From positions 40,300,001 through 40,364,000 of the forward strand of contig OX597838.1 of NCBI GenBank assembly GCA_951406725.2: DNA of 64,000 bases. Direction: 5' to 3'. Positions 63,818 to 64,000 of this stretch are shown here, one piece after another. The position numbers and the translations under genes were made by a program. This DNA comes from Octopus vulgaris (lineage: Eukaryota). Below the pieces are notes generated by a model that did not search any database, was not told where the DNA came from, and saw only the letters and a program-made list of their open reading frames with translations. The first letter of the stretch is position 1, and every line of letters starts with the position of its first letter.

Positions 63818-64000
63818 GAAAGCGAGAGAGATAGATGGAGGGAGAGAGTATGAGTGTGAGGTGGAGAAAGAGAGAGTATGAGTGTGAGGTGGAGAAAGAG
63901 ATATGAGAGAAAAAGCTGGAGAATGACTTCATATTTTATTTCATCAGCATGAAATGTAACCATAATTAACCTTATAAAAACATCATGGCTCTCATCTGTC

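Overview
This is AT-rich, microsatellite-dense eukaryotic DNA. The tRNA-derived SINE families and repeat landscape suggest an octopus or other cephalopod genome (inference). Most listed ORFs are microsatellite artefacts. (1) Eight short splice-site-bounded segments on the + strand (3881-36035) join with consistent intron phases into a ~200-aa C-terminal part of an unrecognised host protein. (2) A near-intact Penelope-like element (PLE; RT + GIY-YIG, one CGA>TGA stop) is bracketed by inverted pseudo-LTRs (pLTRs) at 49654-53485. Several decayed or RT-less PLE derivatives and short fold-back repeats also occur, and several carry type I hammerhead-ribozyme (HHR) motifs. (3) Three R4/Dong-type REL retrotransposons sit in (TAA)n arrays. 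(4) RTE, Tx1/L1, CR1-group, mariner, Tc1-like and hAT remnants are present, plus a Merlin-like MITE with an 8-bp TSD. (5) Three SINE families are present, and two share 3' tails with LINEs in this same window. (6) There is a 1.29-kb near-perfect palindrome and a minisatellite made of tRNA A-box units. All calls come from reading the sequence by eye; no searches or folding programs were run.
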